A stretch of 64,000 nt of DNA, taken from Squalus acanthias (Eukaryota). Of this stretch, positions 35,401-48,070 are shown one piece after another (within the stretch, counting starts at the first letter, position 1; every line of letters starts with the position of its first letter). The stretch spans positions 99,758,001 through 99,822,000 of the forward strand of contig CM059430.1 in the NCBI GenBank assembly GCA_030390025.1. The letters run 5' to 3'. The notes below the pieces were generated by a model. It was not told where the DNA came from. It made no database searches and was given only the letters and a program-made list of their open reading frames with translations. Position numbers and translations under genes: made by a program.

Positions 35401-37457
35401 CAAGCTGAAAAATGAGACTAGGCTTCAGTTGGCACCTACCAGGATGATAAACCTGCCCACCGCCTTTCAACTGTGATTTTAAACAGCTGGTGTAAGTCGG
35501 ACATTGCTCAGAAGCAATTTGAAAGGGTGGCAAAAATTCAAGAGCCATGCTAACATACGTTCTTTGCTAAAATGGAAAGCACATGCAAATACCCTTAGTA
35601 AAACACCGAAGGTTAAAGAAAACAGTCAAATCTGGAATATGTCTATCATTGGCAATAAAAGGTGGACTACACTGTTTCTACAAGATCCTTTTCTGAGCTG
35701 GGGAATGTGTTTTGCACATCATCAGGTAAACAGAGAACCTTATCAGTTCGGCCAGTTCATATACGATGCAATAAACCATATAATGGTTTTCTTTTGGATT
35801 ATATACCACCCACCGTGACATCTGAATTTTTTCCCTGAGACTATTGATTTGGCAGTTTCACTAACACAAGGGGAGCCTTTTTTAATCGAGAGACCTGCAG
35901 TGTAGCATTTTGGCAATTTGAAACTGAGTGCCTTGTAATAACACCGCATTAGAAATACTGCAGATTGAAAGTACTTAGCAAGTTTTGTCACCGAGCCAAA
36001 ACCTGCATTTTTTTCTTTCATTTTCATGTCATTCTAAATTAAATTTTGTATTCTGAATATCATAATGTGTTTGATAATGGTTTCATGTTGATCCAAAATT
36101 TGCCTGTCAGTAAAAGTGACATCACTGAAATCCAGATGTCACCATGAGTCACTTTGGTAACGTTTAGGTACATTTCTATTAATGGCTTCTATAAGCAGGG
36201 AGAAGCAAGCATCGCCACACGAGGACTTTCAGGCAGCCCACTGTTTCCTAGAGGGAAGAGTTAGCTGTATAAATGATGCTCTCCATTATGACTCTGAATG
36301 TGTTGTTAAACAGAGTTGCTGGCAAAAGTTGCACTGACTAAATCCGTGCAAGTCCCTCAGTGATGTGCACCATGGCGATGAGCCTTGCTAATGTGGGGCA
36401 GGGAAGGCACAATATGCTAATTCATGTTAACAAGCAATTCCAATGCATTCCGCAGCATTTTCTAATGAATGCCAAAAGATGAGAATCAGTCATTACCGCG
36501 GACTTCCTCATAATCTCCTGCCATAACTTTGGAGAAACGGCTGGTTTCCATCCATCTCCAGCCAAAGAGGAGGGCTCCATGTGGAGATTCCACCCTGAGA
36601 TTTTGTTCTAAATTCATGTGGATCACCTCTTTTGTTAAGGTTTTAGAACCTTCCTATCCTTCCCCCTGCACGTCATCACATTCTCTGCAAAGGTGTGCAA
36701 AAGCGATGAGGTTTCCGTACCCTCCCATTGTATTGTTCTTCCCTATGGTAGAGCTCTTTCTCCCCCACACTCCCCATCCCCCCACCCCATGCAAGATTGT
36801 AGGAAATCTATGAAACAAAACATCTCCTCTGCCCTTTTATGCCATAACGCATTTGTACATTGAAGCACCCAGGCAGTGAGGCTAGTGTTTTTTTTCCCCC
36901 CTCTGCTGTACTCATTAGGTAAGTGCTGTCATTGGTGGTGTACAGAGCATTTTCTCAATTTTGAGCTACTAACAGCAGGCGCTCCCAGATCACACTGAAT
37001 CTGGTAAATGCAGAGGAAAGCTCCATCTGCTCTCCACACCAACAATATGCCTTAACTCCACCCTCAAAAGAGCACTGTCTACTGGCACAGTGTGAATTTT
37101 TCCATGTCCCACATCAGGCATTTCCCTGCCTCTGGGTGAGCTTGCCAGTTTTAGTGCCAAGTTGTGCTGAATTTGGAGGTGGGGGGTGGGGGGGGGACGG
37201 GTTGTGTTATGGGTGCACATTTACTAGGTTGAACTGCCCAAAGTAATTTAACTTGGGATCCTTAGAGCTAGCTTTAAGTATATTCAGCCCAGATTGGTGG
37301 GTGAAAAGCCAGATCCTAAAGGAGGATAGAGAGTGTGCCTCTCAGCTTGAGTGTTTTAAAAAGCACTAGAATGAAGTCAAAAAACCTTCAATTTTGGTGT
37401 ACTGATGATAATTGTGAGGACAACACAGCTTTAACTAATGTTGGTAAAACCTCAAAA

Positions 37458-38130
37458 ATGTGGTATGGTAGTTTAATGGTTTGGTACTGGACGAGCAACC
37501 CAGAGGTTGTAAGTTCGTATCCGACTGTGGCAAGTTGTGAAATTGAAATCAATTAGGGGTTTGCCAACCCTCCAGGATTGTACTGGAGTCTTCAGGAATT
37601 AAAGATTAATCTCCAGGAGACTTTTACTTTTGTTTTCTTCGCACACTTCTGTTTATTAGTTATGCAAATATTGGCGATGGGAAAAGGCTGTTTGACTGGC
37701 AGTCGAATCATCCAATTGAGTAACGAAGACTCTATTTGCTTTCCCCTTGGAATGGGAAGGTGGCGCACCACGAAGATGGACATGTCGGGTAACCAATGGC
37801 GGGAACGCGGGGGGCGGGGCGATTGAAGGCGGACGCTCATATAATGAAAGCTCCATGAATACACCCAACCAGAGTTGGCTACCTTAAAGTCAATAGATCT
37901 GGTAATTTGTGGGCTAGCACCAAACCAAAATTATAATGGAAGCTGCCGGATTGTTGTAAAATCCCAACTGGAGGGGAACTTGTCAGCCCTGTCCAGGCTA
38001 GCCTGTACGTATCTCCATTGTCACACTATGCGGCTGACTTTTAATGACCTCTTAGGTGGCCTAACAGTTGTCAAGGAAATGAGCGATAGGCAATAAATGC
38101 ACCCATATCCTGAGAACAACATTTTTTTTT
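37458..38130 (+). mobile_element. tRNA-headed SINE with CR1-type tail, interrupted by a hAT MITE
   Basis: Head GGTATGGTAGTTTAATGG..ACTGGAC..CCAGAGGTTGTAAGTTCG; tail GGCAATAAATGC..CCCATATCCTGAGAAC resembles the 3' end of the LINE at 25361-27428; related copy at 63210-63590. Confidence 0.7.
37554..37886 (-). mobile_element. hAT-type MITE, copy 2
   Basis: TIRs TAGGGGTTTGCCAACCCTC / GAGTTGGCTACCTTA; 8-bp TSD AAATCAAT (37546-37553) / AAGTCAAT (37887-37894). Confidence 0.8.
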
Positions 38131-40425
38131 AAATTGTGATTTTGAGGGCATTTGACTGCAAGTCAGAAAGTTTACTGTTATCCTGCATAACTCATTGGTG
38201 TTACCACATTTGAAATATTATGTGCCAGGTACTCAATCATGTGAGCACAGTACATATTCTCTTGCAAGAGTAGGAAATTCCACCCAGTAGTGCCTAGTTG
38301 AATATCTCACTCTGGGAGTCTTCGTCAGTGTTATCATAGATAGGGAGGCAGTGAGGGGGGAAAAGTAGATTCTTCAGCGAGGGTGCAACCAAGGGCTATT
38401 CTGTACCCAGGAAATGTGCAGGATAGATGTTTGAAGCTAACAAAGAGACGGCAGAATTAAGATCTGAGGAAGAGATAGTTTGAAGGAAGGGCATTTCAAA
38501 GTGCTTTTATGTTGCTACTGTGATTTCCAGAGAGTAGCCTATTCCAGCCATATGTTTCCCCACATAGTTTTCCCATCTGACATAGGGAACCAACCTGGCA
38601 CAGCATGTAAAAGTGCTGGGTGGCGGTGTGAATCTCGGAGATTTGGAGAAAGTGGGAAGGAAATATTGGCTATGTGGAACAAGTAGGGATCAGGGATCAG
38701 GGATCTCGGAGCCATGTAAATAGTTTAGGGGATTGAGCAGGAAAAATAATTGTGGAGATTCCAAGTGAACATGAAAAGAGATGCCAGCAGGAAAGGGGTA
38801 AAAAGGCCTGTTTTTGTCAATTACACATCAATTTCAAAAATGTGAACTATCATTGGCAATCCTTTTACAGCAGTAATTGACACGTCAGATCTTTGCTCTA
38901 GAAATGGTAACATGCGTGACAAAGGTTATTAAATATTGAATATTCTGATGTGTTACTCTACTCCTTTCCATCTGTGCTCTATTTGGGTGTGTGTGAGCAA
39001 GAACGAGAGGTCAGAATAATTTGTGTGTGAGAGAAGGGAATGATAAGAGATGCAGAGGAGGATGCTGTGGTCTGGATTCATTTAGGTCAGATGTTCTCTT
39101 CTAGTTATTGATACAATCTATCCATGTCTAATGTGACATTCCATCCTTACTAATGGTCTTTTCATCTTTTATGAATATGTCAGTATGCTGCATTATTCAA
39201 GAAATATTCATGAAAAATGTTCCAATTCATGAAAATAATAAATTATTAGTGATCCAAGCTAATGACTCAAAGGGTCAAGAATCTGCTGGCCCAAATTAGT
39301 TCAGTCAGCCCAGACAGACTTTAAGGGCTGACATTTGGTAGATAAGAGACATATTTTGAATGTTATGCACTATCTGTCTTTGAAGCTTGTCCGGAAGCCT
39401 TGATACTGTCCCTTGATAATAAAAAGGCATTTGAAAGGGTGATTTGCCCTTTTCTCTTTGTCACACTCCATTGATACAAATTTCCTGATGCTTTCCTTTG
39501 ACTGGTCCAAATATTCCCAACCTTGGGCTACAGTAAGCATTAATAGACTGCCTCGTTGCATAGCGCACTTTGATAAGGATGACTTTTATTTTTGCCCTGG
39601 TAGTACCTTTAGCTGTGCCAATGTTGTATAACCCAGATGTTCAGGGAGCTGACCTGAATCATGCAAAATCTCACTGTATGCCGATGATTTTTTTTCTCAA
39701 ATGGAAAAGGTACAGGTTTTCTAGCTTAACACGTTGTCACATTGTGCCCGAAGGCTTTGTTGATATTCTAACAAAAAAAAAGTCTTATTTAAATATAGAT
39801 GGGTGTTCTCTCACTGTAGCATGCCAACGATCTGGTTAAACTCCCATTTTCAGGATCTGTATTGGTACCACTCTTCACTATAAAGGCCATTTAAATGTTA
39901 TGTATAACTGCCTGCCTAAAATGGGTTAACACCCACGAGCCTTGCAAGATAACAATATGCCACGTAGTAATTTAATTTAAAAAAATTAAATTTTAATGTT
40001 TACATATAGCTGAATATTAAAATCCAAAATCTTATTATAATAGTGTCACTGAAACAATCTCAAGGATTGTACAGAACAGGGTCCTAAATCACACTAAGAT
40101 GATCATTATTTTTTCTGTTGTCTAATACACTGCCTGTGCAGTTTCCCATGGTCAGTTGATAAATATAAGGTTTTTTTTTAATATAGAAGATGGCTACAGT
40201 GTTGGGAGAGAAGAGCTTCATAAACCTACTCGACAGAGCCACCTGGTGCCCAGGGCCTCAAACTACATCATGACTGTTGACATAGCAAAATTGAATGGGA
40301 AATGTTGATACTGCAATTTTCAGTGGTAAATGATGCCGGAAAAGCTTAACCAAAAATTGTGACAACGGGTAGTAAGGTTTGTGGACAGAAAGTGTGCGGC
40401 CAACCCAAGAATTTTAAAATCGTAG

Positions 40426-40655
40426 AAAGAAAAAGAAAGACTTGCATTTATATCCTGCCTTTCACGACCCCGGGACGTCCCAAAGCACTTTACAGTCAAT
40501 TAAGAATTTTTGAAGTGTAGTCACTGTTGTAATGTAGGAACCATGGCAGCTTCTTTGCACGCAGCAAGCTCCCACAAACAGCAATTAAATAAATGAGCAG
40601 ATAACCTGTTTTAGATGTTGGTTGAGGGATAAATGTTGGCCAGAACACCAGGAGA
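40426..40655 (-). mobile_element. Deu-domain SINE, 3' half
   Basis: GAAAGACTTGCATTTATATC..GGACGTCCCAAAGCACTTTACAG..GTTGAGGGATAAATGTTGGCCAG. Confidence 0.85.
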
Positions 40656-40659
40656 ACAT

Positions 40660-40800
40660 GACTTCCTTATTTTTGTATTCAATGCCTCTATTTACAAAGC
40701 CAAGTATTTCATACGCTTTCTTAAACACCTTATCAAATTGCCCTGCCACTTTCAAAGATTTGTGAATAAGCAGCCCCAGGTCCCTCTGCTCCTGGAAAAT
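40660..40800 (-). mobile_element. CR1 ORF2 internal fragment
   Basis: Minus-strand translation QEQRDLGLLIHKSLKVAGQFDKVFKKAYEILGFVNRGIEYKNKEVM. Confidence 0.85.
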
Positions 40801-40987
40801 ACTGCCTCTCTTCCGATTACATTCTGGTGAATCCATATTTCAATAGTTTCTCTGTAAAGGTGCTCTGTATACTTCTTTTAGACCCAATGAGCCTTGCTTC
40901 ATGCAAGTTTGGTTCATGCCCGTTCTACATCACGTGCTTAACTAACACTGATTTACTTCTTTTGTCTTAAAGTACATTCCCTCGTCT

Positions 40988-41135
40988 CATAAGAACATAA
41001 GAAATAGGAGCAGGAATAGGCCACTTAGCCCCTCGAGCCTGCTCCACCATTCAATAAGATCATGGCTGATCTTGGGCTCAAAGCCACTTCCCCGCCCGCT
41101 CCCCATAACCCTTCACTCCCTTATCTTGCAAAAAT
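40988..41135 (-). mobile_element. CR1 LINE 3' end
   Basis: CATAAGAACATAAGAAATAGGAGCAGGAATAGGCC..; same family as 8575-8750. Confidence 0.8.
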
Positions 41136-42688
41136 GTGTCTTTTTATTTGTTGTATTGCTTCAGCCAATGCAACCCTCCAATCAATCCAGACACATGAAC
41201 CACTGCTTCACATTAGAAATGGTATACTGGATAATTATTCCAGTGGTAGCATGAGCTTTGTTGTACCTGCACGCTACTTCTGTCTTTGGTTGCCACATAA
41301 GTGTCATGAGCAATGGCTGTAATGGGTGGTCTTGGTCTACTTGGACGCATTCTTCCACACGTCATTCCTCCTGAAATAAAGGTGGCACAGCTGATTACCT
41401 TAAAATGAAAGCACTGAAAGAGCTTCAAAGAGAGCAGGCATGCACCACCATGCCTCTGTGCTGGTGGCCATGTCACATTGATAGAAAAAAATAATCTTTC
41501 AGTGAACCACTGAACATAAACCCCAACATATACAAAAGCCTAGAGAGGAGAAAAAAAAACTTTGAACTAACCCAACTTTAAATGAAGACTTCAGCTTTCT
41601 CTTTGTAGTAACAGGCTAGTACATCCTTCAATCACACGGTGTGCCAGTGGTGCATGATATATTGCTCCTGCAATATGGGACACTTCCCTTTTAAGCGCTG
41701 AATGTGTTGGCCTAATTACCTTAGCGCATGAATTGAGTGCATTCGGGTTTACACTTCCCAATCAGTAATTTTGTTATTGTCAGAAACCTTGTGGTAAGCA
41801 AATGTTTTACCACAACCACGATGTTCCTAAGCACTATCAAACAGTTGTCAGAGATATAAGGTCATACGCTGACAGCAATTTCTAGATTATATCTTCCTCT
41901 AAAAGCCTGTTTTAGCTGCATAAATTTAGAAACACCGTAGGGGTGAAAGTGTGCCTTTTGAGACCATTAATTTCTTCTTGGTGCCTTCTCTGATGGATCT
42001 ACTGAGTAGCACCTTGCAGAAAGTTTCATAATGAAATAACTTTCTGTCATGTATCCCAGGTCTCTGGACATCAGCCAACTTTGTAAAACGATTTAAAGAG
42101 AAGTGACTTGCGCCATTTCATTATGATGAGACCCATTTTATTAAACATTAGGACCACTAATGCGATTGCTGCAGTGCTCCTGGCACTGGGGCTCCATATT
42201 ATTGGGCACGGAGGCCTGAGGCGAACTCATGCCCAACATGCTCAATGCTCTCCAATTGCAGGCAGAAAGTACTTAACACACTCGGTGCCTTCATGCTCAA
42301 TGTACGCAAGGCTCATTAAGCCATGAGTTCTATTTAAATTAGCAGTCATTACCATAATACAGCTGGAGCTCCTGAACAGCACTCCAAAAGCTCAGTGTCT
42401 GTTCGCCATGGATGTAAAACGGACAACTGTAAAATTGAAATTGTTTTCCTGGTTGCAACAAGGCCAAGTATTGTTTATGCCCACCAGTGGCCAATTTTTG
42501 AAAGTGGATCTTTATCTGGCCTGGTATTAACGTTGCGTCAGGAGCAGTGGTCCCAGCCAAGGGGATTTGAGGGGAAAAAAATGATGACATGGGAAGGGGG
42601 CAGCCAGCGGCCCTTCACTTGCTGCTGGCACTTGACATTCTGGCCCCCCGATCCACGTGGCACTGCCAGCGTCTCATGCCCTATCGGA

Positions 42689-43197
42689 TATATTGGCCTT
42701 GGAGTGGGTGCAAAGCAGATTTACCAGAATGATGCTGGGGCTAAAAGGGTTAAATTATGAGGACCAGTTGGATAGACTCAGCTTGTAGTCCCTCGATTAT
42801 AGAAGATTAAGGGGTGATCTAATTGAGGCGTTTAAGATGATTAAAGGGTTCGATAGGGTAGATAGAGAGAAACTATTTCCTCTGGTGGGGGGAGTCCAGA
42901 ACAAGGGGGCATAAACTTAAAATCAGAGCTAGGCCGTTCAGGGGTGATGTCAGGAAGCACTTCTTCACACAAAGGGTAGTGGAAATCTGGAACTCTCTCC
43001 TCCAAAAAGCTGTCAAGGCTAGTTCAATTGAAAATTTCAAAACTGAGAGTGATAGATTTTGTGTTGTCCAAGGACATTAAGGGATATGGAACCAAGGTGG
43101 GTAAATGGAGTTAAAATACGGATCAGCCATGATCTAATTGAATGGCAGAATAGACTCGAGGGGCTGAATGGCCGACTTCTGTTCCTATATTCCTATA
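42689..43197 (+). mobile_element. CR1 LINE 3' fragment (~500 bp)
   Basis: GCAGATTTACCAGAATGAT..AGGGGTGATCTAATTGAGG..TTCTTCACACAAAGGGTAGTGGAAATCTGGAACTCTCTCC..GGGCTGAATGGCCGACTTCTGTTCCTAT. Confidence 0.9.
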
Positions 43198-43461
43198 TAA
43201 CGGAAACCTCACAATGATAGTTAAATGAACTGGCCTGGTATTAACGTGCAAGGCCAGTTCATTTGGGCATAGGTGCATGAGTTGCGTCAGGAGCAGTGGT
43301 CCCAGCAATGCTGCACTAGCACTGCTTTAACTACCCCCGTACACTATTTATGTGAAAAGATGCAGGAACCAGGCCTGTTGATAACGTCACTAGAGGACCA
43401 AGAGACATGTTCTACTGGGTTACCAAACCTGTTCAATCTAACTTATAGTTAGAATAAAAGG

Positions 43462-43772
43462 TCGTTTTGCATTTATATGCTCCTTATCCTGTCTCTCAGA
43501 AGTGTCTCAAAGGGGCTTCACCGCGAATTGTTTTGAAGCGCTGTGACTTTTGATATACAAGCAAGAACAGCCACTATTTTGAACATGGCAAGATCCCACA
43601 AACGGCAATGAAATGAGTGAGCAATTAGTCTGTGAATTTATTTTTGGCAATGCTTGCAGGAGGAATGTTGGCCAGGTGATGGAATACAGAAGAAAGCCCG
43701 CTTCTTGTTTGAATAGTGCCATGGAATCCTTAACGATTATCCGAACAGGCAGATGGATCCATGGTTTAACAG
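43462..43772 (-). mobile_element. Diverged Deu-domain SINE
   Basis: TTGCATTTATAT..GCAAGATCCCACAAACGGCAATG..TGTTGGCCAGG..GAATAGTGCCATGGAATC..GGTTTAAC. Confidence 0.65.
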
Positions 43773-46497
43773 CCCTGTGATTTAATGTTTCCTAGTATCC
43801 TTGTCACAAGCCTAGGCAGCATTAAAGGCTAGAAATGACTGTTAATGATATTAACAGTTGAATGCTTTACATGTTCCTCTGACATTTTTGGAGCTGTTAA
43901 AAATGAATGAGTTAATACCTCCAAAATGGGCGAAGGAATATCCTACAAATGCACTTTTGTTCATCTGCTAATTTGCTGCCCGTAATGCCTAACTCTGACT
44001 GCACTAGCTGCTGGAGTTAAGCTCTTAAATACTATTACCTACCAACTGCCTGAATACGTTGGCTGGTAGATGAACAGCTTATCAAGTGTCATCAGATAAT
44101 GGTTAATGATACGAGACCTGTATAATAGACCTGTAGATGTTATAATCAGATCTGGTGCTGTTCTGCTGCATTCAGAAACCACCCATGTAACCTCAATACT
44201 TTCGTTCGGCAATAAAAAGATTTTTTTTCCCACTTGTGGCAGAAACAATATAACAAAATATGCTTCAAACTGTGTTCCGTGAAATAAAGGGCAAAGTTGC
44301 CTGTCTGACCGCACAATTCTAAATAAGCACAACTACAAAGCTTAGAGGAAATCAAAATCGGGTAATGTTCTTTTGGTCTTCTCATTCCGCAGCCTGCCAG
44401 AGATTATGTAAAATGTTAATTGCGCACACCCTTTCCCTCCCACAGGATTTAAATTGTGAAATGAACAACAAACTCAAAAACGATGGGACAATGGGAGGGA
44501 AAAAAAAAACATTATTCCAAGCTGCTTTGAATTTAAAAATCAGGTTCAGGCTGTCAGTCGTCGACGATGATCCACCGGGATGGCGCAGTCACTCAGCCAC
44601 ATACGTGGAGTGACATCGGAATCGTGCATTCTTGTATGATTGACAGCCCCTTGTGAGCAGCCTGTGAGGGTTTTTGTGCACAATGACTGAACTTATTGCA
44701 ACTTCAAAATACAATAGATCTAAAGTTGTAATCATCTTTCTAGGATCTTAACGTTTGGTGGGTATAGTGGAGTTATTTTATCTGATTACTTCCCGCCTAA
44801 CTATGGTCGATATATGTCAGAACCCAAAGGTATGGTTTAACCCACAGAAATTGATTTATAGTGATATTGACCAGTATTTTACACTGTCCTCGCTAAGAAG
44901 TCAGGTGCATTACTTATCCTATTGTCACTTGGGATTGGATGTGCAATGTCGTTGCTGGTGCTGGCTTTTTCCTTAATACAACTAGTGCAATCTAACTTTA
45001 ACAAGCTGAGGTTAAGAGCTGACTCTCTAAGGGTTAAAAAAAAAACCTTGCACACATTTTTTTTTGAAAGCATATATATTTTACAATATTCAATCAAACT
45101 CGTGTCGATTTCCAGTTTAATTTTATTTTTTAACTGCAGTTTATGCTCAAGCTGTTATCTGTTGCCGTGCAGATGTTGGAAAGCCAGTACACAGCCCAAA
45201 GCAGCAGTATCTAAATGCACCAATGTGGGCTCATTTTCAAATACCAGATTTTTAAAAAAGGAAGCGGAATCAATGAAAGCAGCAGGAGACATTTTATTTA
45301 ATTATTTTCAAAGAAAATTTATATGGAGGGAGAATAGTTTATAAGGATACAGTTGTTTTTCCTCCTCATTTAGCGCGCAGTTTTAGTCATTCATTGCGAT
45401 AGTGTTTTTGCCCAGTATACTGCTGTTTCTATTGGGGAATCGCTTTTTTTTTTACCTTTATTAAACTGCAGCCTCACAGTAAGGCTACGTCTGACAGGGC
45501 AGCTCCATTTAGTGGGATGCGTGCTAATATTCCTAAATGACGTGTTCAACAAGAAACAATGTGCCAGTAATGAGGGGACGGGACAGACGTTCTGCCAATT
45601 TTCTCACAAGTACGGGGACAATTGTAACGAGCAATGTGACCTTTCTGAATGTCACCCATCACAAAATCTGGTGACACAAAGTGACAGGATGTCAAAATAA
45701 AAGAAGGCATGCCTTTTTAATACCGTTATCTGTGCAAATGTGTTGTGATATACATTATAAAAATGATCCTCACATTTTGAAGGTAGAATGAAAGTGAAAG
45801 CCCATGGCATGCATCGAAGCCAGTCTGGATGGTAGTGTTTGCATCTTTATGTTGCGATAGCTTGAGGTACAGAGTAGGACACATCACTACTCCCAAACTC
45901 AGCCCCGGTTTACCGATGAACCCAGTGCAAAATACATTAATTAATATTTTGTCAAATAAAATCTAACATTCCAAATTATATTTGAAAAGGAGTGGGTGGA
46001 TTTGACAGCAAACTAGAAACAAAACCAAAGCAATTTGAGCTGGCAGTCAGCTTTTCTGTTTGCTGCAACATCAGATCTCATTTTGAATTTAGTAATTGTG
46101 AAAATGTTGGTTTTCTTTGTTGTTGTAATTTTACAACCCCCCCTCCCCATAGCTTCCCCCCTCCCCCAGCATTCCCTGTTACCCTGCTGCCATCCAACTC
46201 CATGCATTCTACAGCAGCTGGGAGGGCAGAAAAGGCGAGCTAGGCAGTTGCATGCCAAGCTGTGAACATTAAGGCATGTTGGATAGTGGACAGTAGATAG
46301 ACTTACCTCCCAGATGGGAACACTGCAAATCGCACTCCACAGAGCTTAACTTACCAATGGCATAAAGTTGAGACCCAATCAGCACAAAGCTGCAGGAATC
46401 ATAGCTAAGCATCCAAACAAGCAACATATGAGCACTTGATCCTATAATTCGCTGGGCAGGAATTACACTGACAGTGCCGATTACAAAATAATTCGCC

Positions 46498-46740
46498 ATG
46501 CCTCAGAAAAGCAGGAAGGTTTGGTTCGCTAAACAGAGGGTGTCCCTCACTGTAAAGTAGGCCATGGAGCGAAGGGCAGCAGTTTTTGGAACTGTCTCTG
46601 AACCCGTGCACCAGGAGAAAGACTGGAATTGGGATGGTACAGTAGTTGAATGCATTCTCCACAAATGAAGGAGCATGGCAGGAGGTACAGGAAAAGTTCA
46701 ACAGTGAGAAGAAAACAATCAAAGAGAAGATTGGCTTCAG
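46498..46740 (+). pseudogene. Decayed Myb/SANT-like DNA-binding ORF (Harbinger second-protein / NAIF1-MSANTD-like relic)
   Basis: Manual translation MPQKSRKVWFAKQRVSLTVK*AMERRAAVFG..EKDW, then after a frameshift MVQ*LNAFSTNEGAWQEVQEKFNSEKKTIKEKI; this fits the R..F...........R..VFG..W......NA.S....W.EV.KK pattern. Confidence 0.45.
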
Positions 46741-47089
46741 TTGCTAAGTAAGGAGAGGAGCTCAGTTGGCTCTGTTCCACTCCTATTGACTCTGCTACTG
46801 TATGACCTCTTCCCTACTGCTATCTGCTCGCTTCCCCTGGCCACTGACTCTGCTTTCAGAACTTCTCCACCACCCTTTGCGAAACTAGGTTGGACCGGTT
46901 CCACAGGTTCCTGCTCCAATTTTGTAAGCATCTTGCCACTCTACAGCTGTTCCTTGAGCCTGATACCTTGGCTTTACCTTTCACCGACATTGGCTCCATA
47001 ATCTTTCCAGTTCCTGGCCCCTGGGCTTCATTCCACACTCCTTTGCTGATCTGCGCTGTTAGGATCTGAGGCCACTACCTATGGCCCGA

Positions 47090-47770
47090 AACAATATCAC
47101 AGATGACATTGTGATTGTGACTAAGGTGCATTATTCCCCATCATGTTCCTTGAGCTCGCTGCAGCTTGCATTCAGAGTTGATCACATGATCCTTTCCCAA
47201 TGCATATCCTCCATTGTCCAGATCTGCCCTCATTTTGTTCCACTTTTACTTATCTAATCCAGAGCATTTCTAGCAATATATACTCTCCCCACCCCGCACC
47301 ATCACCTCCAAAGTTTCCCAAGGATCCAACCTTGGCCCCCTCCTCTTCCTCGTCTGCATACCGCCTCTTGGCGACATCATGCGCAAATGTGGGGTCAGCT
47401 TCCACATCTGCATCGCTGACACCCAGCTCTTCACCACCGCTCTCGACTCCTCCACTAGCTGTGTGCTATCAGACTGTTTGCCTGATATCCAGTCTTAGGT
47501 GAGCCATAATTTCCTCCAGCACAACATTGAGAAAATCAAAGCCATTGTCTTTCACCGCAAACCCCATACTCTTGTCATTGATTCCATTCCCCTTCCTAGC
47601 CTCTGTCTCAGGATGAACCAATTTATTCATAACCTCAGCATCCTGTTCAACCGCGAGGCGAGCGTCTGACCTCATATCCTCTCCATCGAAAAGACCATCA
47701 ACTTCCACCTCTGCAACAATGCCCACCTCTATGCCTACCTCAGACCTCCTGCTGAAATCTTCATTCATGC
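47090..47770 (+). mobile_element. Degenerate L2 RT fragment
   Basis: CCCAAGGATCCAACCTTGGCCCCCTCCTCTTCCTC (PQGS.LGPLLF), GCTGACACCCAGCTCT (AD.TQL), CTCCAGCACAACATTGAGAAAA. Confidence 0.75.
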
Positions 47771-47771
47771 A

Positions 47772-48070
47772 TTTGATAAAGTACCACATAATAGACCTGT
47801 TAGCAAAATTAAAGCGCATGGGATTAAAGGCGCAGTGGCTGCGTGGATACTAAATTGGCTAAGGGACAGAAAACAGAGAGTAGCGATGAACGGTTGTTTT
47901 CAGACTGGAGGGAAGTGTGCAGTGGTGTCCTCCAGGGGTCGGTGTTGGGACCACTGCTCTTTTTGATGTATATTAATGACCCGGACTTGGGTATACAGAG
48001 CATAATTTCAAAGTTTGCAGATGACACGAAACTCAGAAATGTAGTAAACAGTGAGGAGGACAGTAACAGA
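47772..48070 (+). mobile_element. CR1 RT internal fragment
   Basis: Translation FSDWREVCSGVLQGSVLGPLLFLMYIND..ISKFADDTKL. Confidence 0.9.

Noticed and set aside
34567-35476. 242-aa ORF with a hydrophobic Phe-rich segment (membrane protein?)
   Set aside because: Begins at a non-ATG codon, spans a probable decayed repeat and a T/C-rich low-complexity tract; no family resemblance.
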